DNA of 64,000 nt from an uncultured delta proteobacterium (GCA_963816145.1 CAWFJP010000003.1:608001-672000), one strand, 5' to 3'. Shown: positions 38,177-47,998, counted from the first letter of the stretch. A program made the numbers and translations. The notes: generated by a model from the letters alone, not told the origin.

Positions 38177-40680
38177 GAACGCAGATAAGCCGCCGCTTTG
38201 CCGCCGCCGCAATCATCGCCGCATTGACCAGCGCCCCGGGCCTTTGCCAGGCCCAAACGCGTGAATTGGACGTGGATAAAATCTTAAACCCGATGCCCGA
38301 ATATGACCCGTTCGAAAGGCCGGTTGCGGCGCCGCGGTTTTTTCCCGACGCCGTCGACAAACGGGCTCGCGAACTGCTCATCGACACGTTGACCAACCAC
38401 AACCAAGCTTTGAGCGATCATCTAGCATTCTTGAAAAATGAGGATGCCCGGCTGCAGAAAGAGCAGCGCAGCAGTACCGGTCTAACCGACCGCGCCCAGG
38501 ATCTGGTCAACAACACGATTCTGGACCGAGAGAAAAATCTTGCCGCCTACCGCGAAGCCCTGCGCAACGCTTCGTCGCCGGAACGAACAAAATATCTCGA
38601 GTCGGTGATCAACCGCGACGATCATTTTCAATCCGAGCAGCTCATGCGCCAGAGCTCGACCAATTTTTGGGGTGGAATTGTCAATCGCCTGTTGAGTTCC
38701 GTCGATCTGGTCGGAGTTGCGTCCGGCAACTACATTGGCGCCGCCGCCGAGACCGCCATCAGCCAGGTGTACGCCTTGATGGATCGCGACATGTCGATCG
38801 AAGAGCGGCGCGCGCTCGCCCGCGACCTCGATCACTTGAAACGCTTTCCTGACGATCCGAAGAACGCTCAGGTACGCAAACAGGTTGAAGCGCTCGATAA
38901 AAAGAAACGCGACGTGCTGGTCGGCAAACAGCTTGCCAAGGCCAAAGAGGCCTTGAACAAAGGCGATGATGATCGAGCGCTGTTTCATGCCCAAGTCGCG
39001 GCCTTTTTCGATCCCCAGTCGCAAGATGCCGAGAAATTGCGACAGCAAACCGCCGAAACTTTGCAACAAAGTCAGGAGGCGCGCCGGCAGAGTCTCAAAG
39101 CCCGCGCTGAAGAAAACACGAGCCCACAGCAGCAAGCCGACGCGAAAAAGTTGCTGGAAGCGCTATCTTTGCGCGATGCCAATTTGATTCAACGAGTCGC
39201 CATCGACACCGAAAAAAAATATCTCGACAAACCGTTGGCCGACGCTGCCCGCGACGCCGAAGCCGTGGCCTTGGAAATGAGGGGTTGGCATGAAGCGGCG
39301 CGCAAAGCTGTCGAGCAAAACGCCCGCAGGGCAACCACGCCCGTGGCCAAAGAACGGGCCGATGTCTTATTGCAGAGCCCTGGGTATAATTTGCTCTCGA
39401 CATTCAAAGACGCGCGCACCGAGCGCCAATTGGAGTCGGTGAAATATGTCTTGCTGGGCGATGATTTCCTACGCAAAAATTTGCTATTTGCCGCGGGCGC
39501 CATGGCTGCCGCGGGTCCCGGCGGTATCGCGACTTTGGGCATGGCCAACGCCATGATGTGGAGCCGCAATCTCTTTCAAGTCGTGACCAACAACCCGATT
39601 TCGGCGCAGCCGGTGATCGATGCCGGGGTTGCCTATGTGCGCAGCCATCCCAAGTCAGAAAGCGCCAGCGAAGTCTATCGCGTGCTCGCCGATGCTTACG
39701 AGGAGCGCGGGATGGTCGAGCGTGCCCTCACCTACCATGAGCTGGCCGGCTCACCGAAAGAAAAAATCGACGCGCTCAATGACAGAGCTGCGCGCGCCTT
39801 GCTCAACGCCGCCAGCAAATCAAGCTCGCGCAGCAGCCAGGAGAACTATCTCAAGGCTGTGCTCGATTATCATCCGGACTCGAGCGCCGCTGCTGAAGCA
39901 ACCAAGAAACTTGCCGCGCTCGTCAAAGATGAAAACCAAGGCCTGCGTATGAGCAAGCAGTTCTTGCTGGAAAATCCTGAGATCTGGGGGCCGGGCGGTT
40001 TGTCACTCAAGGCGACCTTGCTCGATGGCGATCCGCGTAACATGGAGATCGCCGACCGCGGCGCGATCTTACTTAACGACAATGAACTGCTGGTTTTCTA
40101 CCAGACGCCCTGGGGCGTGCGCAGCCAGAGCCATCGTCTCGCCAAGGCGACCACCGATCGCTTCTTCATCGCCCTGCGCGAAAAGAATCAACAGGTTGCC
40201 GCCGCAGATGCCAATCAACGCGCCAAAGACAGCGTCGGCGGCATCAGAAATGTCCCGACGTCCATCATCCGGGGCGAACGTGAACAGCGCGGTGCCGGCT
40301 CGGAAGGCCGCGAGGACACGACATTTACGTTAATCCGCGAAGCCGGTGGCTCATCCTATCGCCGGGTACTCGACGCCCAGCTGATCACAGAGAACGAGCG
40401 CAATCCCGGCAGCCAATATCAACTGCCGCCGATCCAGGGCAGCGTATCCGCCAGCCACTTCAGTATGAGCGGTGGGCTGCCCACCGGGTTCGGCGGCAGC
40501 CAGCTTGCGGTCGGCGCGGATCGCGGTACGCCCTACGGCGGGGTGCAAATCCCGATACCGCTGTTGCAAGGCTTTGTTCCCGTCGATTTCATGGTCCAAG
40601 GCCGCCCCGGCGGCGTCTCGGTATTTCCACGCATCCGCACCGGCGTCGACCGCGGCTCGGACCCGGAACTCTATCGCTGA
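38173..40680 (+). CDS. Large hypothetical secreted protein (TPR-like helices, Gly-rich hydrophobic segments, beta-rich C-terminus)
   Basis: 835-aa ORF with genome-typical codon use, signal peptide, ATGA overlap with the upstream gene. Confidence 0.7.
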   Translation: MRTQISRRFAAAAIIAALTSAPGLCQAQTRELDVDKILNPMPEYDPFERPVAAPRFFPDAVDKRARELLIDTLTNHNQALSDHLAFLKNEDARLQKEQRSSTGLTDRAQDLVNNTILDREKNLAAYREALRNASSPERTKYLESVINRDDHFQSEQLMRQSSTNFWGGIVNRLLSSVDLVGVASGNYIGAAAETAISQVYALMDRDMSIEERRALARDLDHLKRFPDDPKNAQVRKQVEALDKKKRDVLVGKQLAKAKEALNKGDDDRALFHAQVAAFFDPQSQDAEKLRQQTAETLQQSQEARRQSLKARAEENTSPQQQADAKKLLEALSLRDANLIQRVAIDTEKKYLDKPLADAARDAEAVALEMRGWHEAARKAVEQNARRATTPVAKERADVLLQSPGYNLLSTFKDARTERQLESVKYVLLGDDFLRKNLLFAAGAMAAAGPGGIATLGMANAMMWSRNLFQVVTNNPISAQPVIDAGVAYVRSHPKSESASEVYRVLADAYEERGMVERALTYHELAGSPKEKIDALNDRAARALLNAASKSSSRSSQENYLKAVLDYHPDSSAAAEATKKLAALVKDENQGLRMSKQFLLENPEIWGPGGLSLKATLLDGDPRNMEIADRGAILLNDNELLVFYQTPWGVRSQSHRLAKATTDRFFIALREKNQQVAAADANQRAKDSVGGIRNVPTSIIRGEREQRGAGSEGREDTTFTLIREAGGSSYRRVLDAQLITENERNPGSQYQLPPIQGSVSASHFSMSGGLPTGFGGSQLAVGADRGTPYGGVQIPIPLLQGFVPVDFMVQGRPGGVSVFPRIRTGVDRGSDPELYR

Positions 40681-40794
40681 TGGGGATTTCGCGAAAATCG
40701 CCCGCAGGTTTGTATCAACCCGCGATCGAATGTAAAAGTGCGCAGATTGCGCGCGTGAATCCGCCAGGAGCCGGTATCCAGTCTGCATAACCCC

Positions 40795-41580
40795 ATGACG
40801 TTTTTGCCCGTTCGAAAAGAAATCAGCCGCGGCGCTATTTCAATATTTGCCGGCGTCGCGCTCTGGGAAGTCCTCGCGCGCGCCTTACTGGAAAACGAGT
40901 TGCTGATCCCGCCGCCGAGCAGTGTCGCGGGCACGTTTTGGCATCTGGCAACCAGCGGCGAGCTCAACAAGCATTTCGCCACCACGGCCACGGAGTTTAT
41001 CTACGGCTTCGGCGCTGCCTGCATGATCGGCGTCGTGCTCGGCTACTTGATGGGCATGTACAAATGGTTCGATGAGATCATGGACCCATGGATGGCGGCG
41101 CTCTACTCGATCCCGGTCATCGCGCTGGTGCCGATGATTATCATCTGGTTCGGCATCGGCATTTTCTCAAAGATCGTCGTGGTGTTTAAGATCACCCTGG
41201 TGGCGATTATTTTGAATACCGCGGCTGGAATCAAAAACCTGGACCCCGTCTGGCTCGAGCTCGCTCAGTCTATGCGCTTATCGAGCTGGCAAACCACGTA
41301 CAAGATCCGTCTGCCAGGCGCTCTACCCTTCATCATTACCGGGATGCGTTTGGGTGTCGGGCGCGCCCTGCTGGCCGTCGTAGTTGCCGAATTGATGGCG
41401 TCTAACGCCGGTCTAGGCTACTTGCTGCGCGACTCTTCCGAAACCTGGGATAGCCCAAAACTCTTTGTCACGGTGATCCTGCTCGCGGTCATCGGTCTGA
41501 CCAGCTTTAACCTCATCAAGCGCTTCGAACTGCGCATGGCGCCCTGGCGCCAGACTGCCGAGTGGTCGGCAGACTCATAG
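40795..41580 (+). CDS. NitT/TauT-family ABC transporter permease
   Basis: PPPSSV, IIWFGIG, LPGALPFIITGMRLG, VVAELMASNAGLG. Confidence 0.93.
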   Translation: MTFLPVRKEISRGAISIFAGVALWEVLARALLENELLIPPPSSVAGTFWHLATSGELNKHFATTATEFIYGFGAACMIGVVLGYLMGMYKWFDEIMDPWMAALYSIPVIALVPMIIIWFGIGIFSKIVVVFKITLVAIILNTAAGIKNLDPVWLELAQSMRLSSWQTTYKIRLPGALPFIITGMRLGVGRALLAVVVAELMASNAGLGYLLRDSSETWDSPKLFVTVILLAVIGLTSFNLIKRFELRMAPWRQTAEWSADS

Positions 41581-41597
41581 CGACTCCCTGATCCCCC

Positions 41598-42380
41598 ATG
41601 AACGAAGATCGGCTCGATCTCACGCCCATGCTACTCCGGCTCGGTTCTGTGTTCGTGGGTCTGCTTGGTTGGCATTACGCCGCCGAGGTCCTGATCAAGG
41701 ACAGCAGCATCCTGGTCTCACCGCTCGTGGTTTTGAGTAAAGCGTACGAAATGATGATCGCCACCGGCGAGCTTTATCCGCATCTGTTCGCCAGCTCGGT
41801 GATTTTTGTCTATGGATTTGTCCTGGCCATTCTCGTCGGCGTGCCGCTGGGCTTTTTGATGGCCCTGAGTCCGCTAGTGCGCGATTACGTCAATCCCTGG
41901 ATGACGACACTTTACACCGCGCCGCGCATCGCCTTCGCGCCCGTGTTGCTGTTGTGGTTTGGCATCGGTGCAGGATCGAAGGTCGCCATCGTTTTCTTGG
42001 GCTGCGTCTTTCCCGTGCTGATCAATTCTTACTACGGCATGCGCGTGGTCAACCGCGAGTATGTCGAGTTGGCGCGCTCCTATCGCCTGGACCGCTGGGC
42101 GTTGTTTAGAAAAATCCTCCTGCCCGCCTCCGTGCCATACATTCTCGCCGGCGTGCGATTGGCCATCGGCCGCGGCCTAACCGGCGTCGCAATCGCCGAG
42201 TGGTTCGGCGCTACCGAAGGACTGGGCTACTTGATCTTTTTCGCGGGGCAGACCTTAAACATACCTGTGCTGTTTGTCGGCGTCGCTGTGTTTGCTGTGT
42301 TAGGAGTTCTCGGGTTTGAAATCGTCCGGCGCGTCGAGGTTTACACCACGCCATGGCGCGGGCAAGCGCAAGGGGGATGA
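41598..42380 (+). CDS. NitT/TauT-family ABC transporter permease
   Basis: LLWFGIG, LPASVPYILAGVRLAIG, AEWFGATEGLG. Confidence 0.93.
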   Translation: MNEDRLDLTPMLLRLGSVFVGLLGWHYAAEVLIKDSSILVSPLVVLSKAYEMMIATGELYPHLFASSVIFVYGFVLAILVGVPLGFLMALSPLVRDYVNPWMTTLYTAPRIAFAPVLLLWFGIGAGSKVAIVFLGCVFPVLINSYYGMRVVNREYVELARSYRLDRWALFRKILLPASVPYILAGVRLAIGRGLTGVAIAEWFGATEGLGYLIFFAGQTLNIPVLFVGVAVFAVLGVLGFEIVRRVEVYTTPWRGQAQGG

Positions 42381-43192
42381 CGATGGCCAGGCCGGTGCTA
42401 GAGCTACGCAATTTAAAAAAGGAAATTTCCCGACCCGGAAAAGAACCCTTCGAGATCTTCAACAACATCAATTTATCCGTGCGCGAAGGCGAGTTCGTCA
42501 GCATCGTCGGACCCAGCGGCTGCGGCAAGACCACCATGCTGCGGGTCATCAATGGACTGATGCCACATTCCGGCGGCGAGATCTTACTTGACGGCAAAGC
42601 TGCTGACGAAGTGCGCGACCAGCTGCTCATGGGCTTTGTCTTTCAAGGCGCGTCGCTCCTCCCCTGGCGCACCAGTCTAAAAAACGTCCTGCTCGGCCTC
42701 GAAGGGCGCGATCAGAATGGCCACAACAGCAGAGACGCCGAGCAGATCGCCAAGAAGTTTCTCGACCTGGTCGGCTTGAACGGTTTTGAAAATCATTACC
42801 CTCATGAACTCTCTGGCGGCATGCAGCAGCGCGTCAATCTCGCCCGTGCCCTGGCGGTCAATCCACGCATCCTGCTGATGGACGAGCCCTTCGCCGCCCT
42901 CGACGCTCAGACCCGCAACTTCATGCAGCTGGAACTGCTGCGCATCTGGCGCGAAACCCAAAAAACCGTCATTTTTGTGACGCACATGATCGCCGAGGCA
43001 GTCCTGCTATCGGACCGGGTGATCGTTTTTACCCACCGGCCCGGCATGATTCGCTCTGAATTTAGCATCCCGCTGCCTCGTCCAAGGGATATGGACATCA
43101 AATCCGATCCCCAGTTCCTTGAATTGGAAAATCAAATCTGGAAACAAATCGAGCAGGAAGTTAAAGCCGCCGGAGGCTTTGCCCAGTTGTGA
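42377..43192 (+). CDS. NitT/TauT-family ABC transporter ATP-binding protein
   Basis: GPSGCGKT, LSGGMQQR, LLMDEPF, VTH; ATGA overlap with the permease. Confidence 0.96.
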   Translation: MTMARPVLELRNLKKEISRPGKEPFEIFNNINLSVREGEFVSIVGPSGCGKTTMLRVINGLMPHSGGEILLDGKAADEVRDQLLMGFVFQGASLLPWRTSLKNVLLGLEGRDQNGHNSRDAEQIAKKFLDLVGLNGFENHYPHELSGGMQQRVNLARALAVNPRILLMDEPFAALDAQTRNFMQLELLRIWRETQKTVIFVTHMIAEAVLLSDRVIVFTHRPGMIRSEFSIPLPRPRDMDIKSDPQFLELENQIWKQIEQEVKAAGGFAQL

Positions 43193-43260
43193 ACCGTCCC
43201 GCCGGGGCCTTGAATTAAATAAACTTGAGTTTAAAAACTATTCGTTCGACGAGGAAAATT

Positions 43261-44274
43261 ATGCTTCACTTTAAAATCTTAACCACCTATTTTCTGACTC
43301 TTGCCTACTGCCTGTTAACCATCGCCGATTCTCGGGCTAGCGACGCCAAGCTCACCAAGATGCGCTTCGTGCAAAGCGGCGCCACGTCGTCGAGCTGGCC
43401 GCTCTACGTCGCGGAACAGAAAAAGATTTTTGAAAAAAATGGCTTGGACATGGAAGTCATCGTTATCCGCGGTTCGACCAATCTGGTCCGCGCGGTGATC
43501 AGCAACAGCGTTCCGATGGGCCGGATCAATCCTGATTACGTCATCGGCGGTATCGAAAAAGGCGCCAAATTGAAAATTGTCAGCGGCATCCAGGACAAAA
43601 TCGCCTATGATTTCATGGCGCGGCCGGAAATCAAAACCGGCACCGATCTGAAAGGCAAAACCATTGGTGTCAGCACGCTAACCGGCGGGACAACGCTCAT
43701 GATCGAGGAAGTCTTGGAAAAAGCCTACAAACTTAAAGAAGGCGAATATAAGTATCTGGTGGTCGGCACATCGCCGGAACGCTATGCGGCTTTGAAAGGC
43801 GGCTCGGTGCAGGCGACGTTTATGGGCGCGCCGTTTAATTTCCGCGCCGCCAAAGAGGGCTTTAACAAGCTCATTACGTTTCACGAAGTGCTCGGGCCGA
43901 TCCAGTTTACCGTCGACTTCGCGCACCAGGATTATGTCAAAATCCACCGCGACGAAATTGTCCGCTATCTAAAATCAACCATCGAAGCGACCGACTGGCT
44001 TTATGATCGAAAAAACAAAGAAGAAGCGCTCGCCATTCATATGAAAGCGTTGAAGACCACCCGCGACGCCGCGGAACAGGATTACAAGTTCATGGTCGAA
44101 GACTTCAAGCCCTTCACTCGTGGCGGCGCCATAGTCAAAACCGCCTGGGACAAGACCATGGAACTGCGCGCCAAAGAAGGCCATTACAAAGGCAAGAAAG
44201 TGCCGGCAATGACCGACTACGTCGACCCGTCGCTGATCGAAGAGGCGCAAAAGCTCGCGGGATTCAAACCTTAG
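43261..44274 (+). CDS. SsuA/THI5-like ABC substrate-binding protein
   Basis: Signal peptide, LYVAEQKKIFEKNGL, DLKGKTIGV, RYAALKGGSVQA. Confidence 0.88.
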   Translation: MLHFKILTTYFLTLAYCLLTIADSRASDAKLTKMRFVQSGATSSSWPLYVAEQKKIFEKNGLDMEVIVIRGSTNLVRAVISNSVPMGRINPDYVIGGIEKGAKLKIVSGIQDKIAYDFMARPEIKTGTDLKGKTIGVSTLTGGTTLMIEEVLEKAYKLKEGEYKYLVVGTSPERYAALKGGSVQATFMGAPFNFRAAKEGFNKLITFHEVLGPIQFTVDFAHQDYVKIHRDEIVRYLKSTIEATDWLYDRKNKEEALAIHMKALKTTRDAAEQDYKFMVEDFKPFTRGGAIVKTAWDKTMELRAKEGHYKGKKVPAMTDYVDPSLIEEAQKLAGFKP

Positions 44275-44278
44275 ATAG

Positions 44279-44316
44279 AAATTGAGAACGGCGAAATGGA
44301 TAATTGATAATTGAAA
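44279..44316. repeat. Degenerate 7-bp tandem array (AATTGAT/AATGGAT)
   Basis: aaattgag aacggcg aaatggat aattgat aattgaa. Confidence 0.55.
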
Positions 44317-44351
44317 AAGTTCGGAGAAAGGAATTGGAACTATCATCTCAT

Positions 44352-45359
44352 ATGAAACCCACTTTACGATTGATCTCTGTCGCTGCATTATTAGCTAGTA
44401 GCATCGCGGCAACTGTCGCCGCGCAGACCCAGCCGCTCAAAAAAATCCGTATCGGCTATCCGTCGTTGAGCTTCCGTCAGAGCAACGTCTGGGTCGCGAA
44501 GGAAATGGGCCTGTTCAACAAGTACGGCTTGGAAGTCGAGCCGATTTTTCTACGCGGCGGCCAGATGGCGACCCAAGCGCTGGTGGCCGGCGATCCGCCG
44601 ATCGTCAATATCGGCACGGTCGTGCAGGCGAGCTTGCAGGGCTACAACCTCGTGCTGATCGCCGCCGTGGAAACAAAATATGATCAAATTGTTTTCGCTC
44701 GCAAAGGGATCAACAAACTCGAAGAACTCAAAGGCAAAAAATTCGGCATTAGCGGCTACGGCTCCGCCACGCATAACGCCGCCAATATCCTGTTCCAGCA
44801 CCTCAACCTGGAGATAAACAAGGACATCGCGCTGGTTCCCACTGGACCGGACGCGGAACGCTTGGGCGCCATGTTAGCGGGACGGATCGATGCGACATTC
44901 TTCACCTCTTCAGCGGCAGCGCCGGCACGCAAGAATGGCTTCAACGAGCTATTCTCTGTTGCCGATTTGGGGGTTGAAGTACAAGGCAACGGATTTGCCA
45001 CGTCGCGCAGTTATATTGCAAGTAACCGTGACACCGTGAAAAACGCGCTCAAGGGGTTCGTCGAAGCGATCTATTTTGTCTACGCCAATAAAAAAGAGGC
45101 GCAAAAGGTCTTCTCCAAGTACATGCGCACCAACGATCCAGAGATGCTCGAGGATTCTTACAACGGTTACATCAAATGGATTCCGAAGAAGCCTTACCCG
45201 ACCCTGAAGGGCATCCAATACATGCTCGACCTGGTCGCGCCGCAACTACCGCAGGCTAAGAACGCCAAGCCCGAGCAGTTCGTCGACCTAAGCTTTTTAC
45301 AAGAACTCGAAAAGGAAGGCTTTTTCAATGAGATGGCGAAACGCTACCCAAGCAAATAA
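44352..45359 (+). CDS. SsuA/THI5-like ABC substrate-binding protein
   Basis: Signal peptide, WVAKEMGLFNKYGL, ELKGKKFGI, PYPTLKGI. Confidence 0.9.
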   Translation: MKPTLRLISVAALLASSIAATVAAQTQPLKKIRIGYPSLSFRQSNVWVAKEMGLFNKYGLEVEPIFLRGGQMATQALVAGDPPIVNIGTVVQASLQGYNLVLIAAVETKYDQIVFARKGINKLEELKGKKFGISGYGSATHNAANILFQHLNLEINKDIALVPTGPDAERLGAMLAGRIDATFFTSSAAAPARKNGFNELFSVADLGVEVQGNGFATSRSYIASNRDTVKNALKGFVEAIYFVYANKKEAQKVFSKYMRTNDPEMLEDSYNGYIKWIPKKPYPTLKGIQYMLDLVAPQLPQAKNAKPEQFVDLSFLQELEKEGFFNEMAKRYPSK

Positions 45360-45361
45360 GG

Positions 45362-45448
45362 GGAATGGAATGATGCAGAACTGGAGTCACGGAGTGTTGG
45401 GTATTTTCCACGGCCCATCACTCCACCACTCCATGACTCCATCACTCC
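45362..45448. repeat. 8-bp tandem/inverted array (TGGAGTNN family) overlapping the 5' end of the next gene
   Basis: tggaatga tgcagaac tggagtca cggagtgt tgg ... ccatcact ccaccact ccatgact ccatcact cc. Confidence 0.85.
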
Positions 45449-46443
45449 GATGCGCGCGCACGCGAGCTCTACTTAGCATCGCCGCGTGTCTATTCATCAC
45501 TGGCGCCGCTCAAGGTCAACAGCTCAAGCGCATCAAGATCGGCTACCCATCCCTTAGCTTCCGCCAGAGCAACGTCTGGGTCGCGCGCGAGATGGGTTTA
45601 TTCGCCAAGTACGGTCTAGAAGTCGAGCCGATCTTGTTTCGCGGCGGCCAGGTGGCCACCCAGGCGCTGGTCAGCGGCGATCCGCCGATCGTCAATATCG
45701 GCACCGTCGTCCAAGCGACGATCCAGGGCCACAATCTTGTGCTCACCGCCGCGGTCGAGACGAAATACGATCTGATCGTATTTTCCCGTCCGGGCATCAC
45801 CCAGTTGGAACAACTCAAAGGCAAAAAGATCGGCATCACCGGTTTCAACTCGGCAACCCATTACGGTTCGATCATCCTCGCCCGCCACCTTGGCGTCGAC
45901 CTTAAAGAATTCACACTGATACCCGCCGGCCTCGACACCGAGCGCATCGCCTCGGTGCAGTCGGGCGTGATCGACGCGACCTACCTGTCCTCGTCGGCGG
46001 CACCGCTGGGACGCCGCGCCGGCTTGGTCGAACATGTTTCCATCGGCGACCTCGGCGTCGAGGTTCAAGGCAACGGTTTCGCAACGTCGCGCGCCTATAT
46101 CGCCAGCAATCGAGAAACGGTGAGAAGCGCGCTGCGCGGCTTCGTCGAGGCGATTTATTTCGTTTACGGCAACAAAGCCGCGGCGCAAAAGGTTTTTGCC
46201 AAGTACATGCGCACGAATGATTCCGCGGTGCTTGAGGATTCGTATAATGGCTATATCAAGTCGATCCCGAAGAAACCTTATCCGACCCTGAAGGGCATTC
46301 AATTCATGCTCGACGTCCTGGCGCCGACTCTGCCCAACGCCAAAAACTTCAAGCCCGAACAGTTCGTCGATTTGAGCTTCCTGCAAGAAATGGAAAAGGA
46401 TGGTTTCTTCAGCGAAATGGCCAAGCGCTATCCCGTGAAGTAG
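45370..46443 (+). CDS. SsuA/THI5-like ABC substrate-binding protein, close paralog of 44352..45359
   Basis: Shares IGYPSLSFRQSNVWVA, GDPPIVNIGTVVQA, DLGVEVQGNGFATSR, IPKKPYPTLKGIQ; AAGGGG RBS before ATG 45370 (start uncertain). Confidence 0.9.
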   Translation: MMQNWSHGVLGIFHGPSLHHSMTPSLRCARTRALLSIAACLFITGAAQGQQLKRIKIGYPSLSFRQSNVWVAREMGLFAKYGLEVEPILFRGGQVATQALVSGDPPIVNIGTVVQATIQGHNLVLTAAVETKYDLIVFSRPGITQLEQLKGKKIGITGFNSATHYGSIILARHLGVDLKEFTLIPAGLDTERIASVQSGVIDATYLSSSAAPLGRRAGLVEHVSIGDLGVEVQGNGFATSRAYIASNRETVRSALRGFVEAIYFVYGNKAAAQKVFAKYMRTNDSAVLEDSYNGYIKSIPKKPYPTLKGIQFMLDVLAPTLPNAKNFKPEQFVDLSFLQEMEKDGFFSEMAKRYPVK

Positions 46444-46458
46444 ACAAGAACGGGGGAA

Positions 46459-46512
46459 TTGGAGTAATGCAGTGGTGCAGTAATGAGGCCGAATAAAACC
46501 TAACATCCCAAT
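46459..46512. repeat. Partial 8-bp array (TGGAGTNN family)
   Basis: ttggagta atgcagtg gtgcagta atg ... degenerate return arm. Confidence 0.6.
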
Positions 46513-46537
46513 TTAGATTCTTTGACTGGAGGTTTCC

Positions 46538-46927
46538 ATGCCACGTAAAGTGATTCAACCAAGAACGTTGAACGATCCACGTCCGCGCTATAGCCAGGGA
46601 ATTCTCAATAGCGGCGGAAAGCTGCTCTTCGTCGCCGGCCAAACCGCTTCCGACAAAGACGGTAATGTCGTCGGCAAAGGCGATATCGAAGCGCAAACTC
46701 GGCAAGTCTTCGACAATCTGCGCGCTGTGTTGAAGGCGGCCGGTGGCACACTCGACAATCTCGTCATGACCACCACCTACATTACCGGTAGGGAATACCG
46801 CGACGGTTACAACCGGGTGCGCGCCACTCAGTACAAAAAGACTCCGCCGACGAGCACGTTGGTGATCGTCAGCGGCCTTGCCAATCCGGATTATATGATC
46901 GAAATCGCCGGCATCGCCGTGATCTAG
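46538..46927 (+). CDS. RidA/YjgF/UK114 superfamily protein
   Basis: YSQG, LFVAGQ, QTRQVFDNL, MIEIAGIA; GGAGG RBS. Confidence 0.92.
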   Translation: MPRKVIQPRTLNDPRPRYSQGILNSGGKLLFVAGQTASDKDGNVVGKGDIEAQTRQVFDNLRAVLKAAGGTLDNLVMTTTYITGREYRDGYNRVRATQYKKTPPTSTLVIVSGLANPDYMIEIAGIAVI

Positions 46928-46935
46928 CCAAAAAG

Positions 46936-47017
46936 TCGAGTTCGTGATCGTCGCTCGTGCTCGTAACTGACACGAAACACGGGCCGCCCCTCCGCGAACA
47001 CGAACCACGAGCACGAA
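46936..47017. repeat. 6-bp tandem/inverted array (TCGTGN)n...(NCACGA)n
   Basis: tcgagt tcgtga tcgtcgc tcgtgc tcgtaa ... acacga accacga gcacga. Confidence 0.7.
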
Positions 47018-47020
47018 AAC

Positions 47021-47998
47021 GTGAAAGTCACCGTTCTCGACGACTACCAGCACGCCATCTCGCCGACACAAGCCATCGCTCGGCTGCGCCAGACTGCCGA
47101 AGTGCAGATTCTCCATGAGAAGCTTGCGAGCGAAGCGGCGGTCGTCGACGCGCTCAAAGATTCCCTCGCGATCATACCGATCCGCGAGCGGACGAAATTC
47201 ACTGCGTCGCTGTTTAAAAATTTGCCGTCGCTGGAATATATCTCCCAGACCGGCAATCACGCCTACCACATCGACATGGAGGCGGCGACCGCTCATGGCG
47301 TCGTTGTTAGTCTCGCTCCTGGCGGCAATAGCACCACGGAGTTGACCTTCGGCTTGATGCTCGATGTCATGCGGCGGATTTCACAGGGGGACCAAGCCAT
47401 GCGCCGCGGTGAGTGGCCCCTAATGTTGGGCTATGTCTTGAAGGGCAAAACCCTTGGCATTTTGGGCCTCGGCAAGATCGGCACCGAAGTCGCCGCCATC
47501 GGCCGCGCCTTCGGCATGAGAGTGATCGCCTGGGGACCGACGTTGACTCAAGAACGCGCCGGCAAATCCGACGCCACCTTCATGCCGCTTGAAGATGTCC
47601 TGCGCAGCGCCGATGTCGTCACCATCCACCTGAAGTTATCCGACGATAGCAAGAACCTCTTGAACGAAGCGCGACTACGCTCGATGAAGCCATCGGCGTA
47701 TCTGGTCAACACAGCGCGCGGCGCCATCGTCGACGAGATTGCGCTGGTGAAAATCCTAAAAGAGAAGGCCATCGCCGGCGCCGCCCTCGATGTTTTCGTC
47801 GAAGAGCCGCTGCCGAAGAATCATCCGATCACCCAACTGGAAAATGTCGTCCTGACGCCCCACTTGGGCTGGCCCACCGATTCCGGCTTTGAAGGCTTCG
47901 CCGAAAATGCCGTGACCAATATCCTCGACTACATGCAAGGCAAGCTTACGCGCGCGCTCAATCCAGAAGCGATGCGTAACCGGGCTAACCGGAACTGA
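47021..47998 (+). CDS. D-2-hydroxyacid dehydrogenase family protein
   Basis: GILGLGKIG, VNTARG, LDVFVEEP, TPHLG. Confidence 0.95.
   Translation: MKVTVLDDYQHAISPTQAIARLRQTAEVQILHEKLASEAAVVDALKDSLAIIPIRERTKFTASLFKNLPSLEYISQTGNHAYHIDMEAATAHGVVVSLAPGGNSTTELTFGLMLDVMRRISQGDQAMRRGEWPLMLGYVLKGKTLGILGLGKIGTEVAAIGRAFGMRVIAWGPTLTQERAGKSDATFMPLEDVLRSADVVTIHLKLSDDSKNLLNEARLRSMKPSAYLVNTARGAIVDEIALVKILKEKAIAGAALDVFVEEPLPKNHPITQLENVVLTPHLGWPTDSGFEGFAENAVTNILDYMQGKLTRALNPEAMRNRANRN

Noticed and set aside
45616-47296. Long antisense ORFs (296 and 295 aa), also 60634..61599 and 26594..27406
   Set aside because: Shadow ORFs of GC-rich genes with clear motifs on the opposite strand
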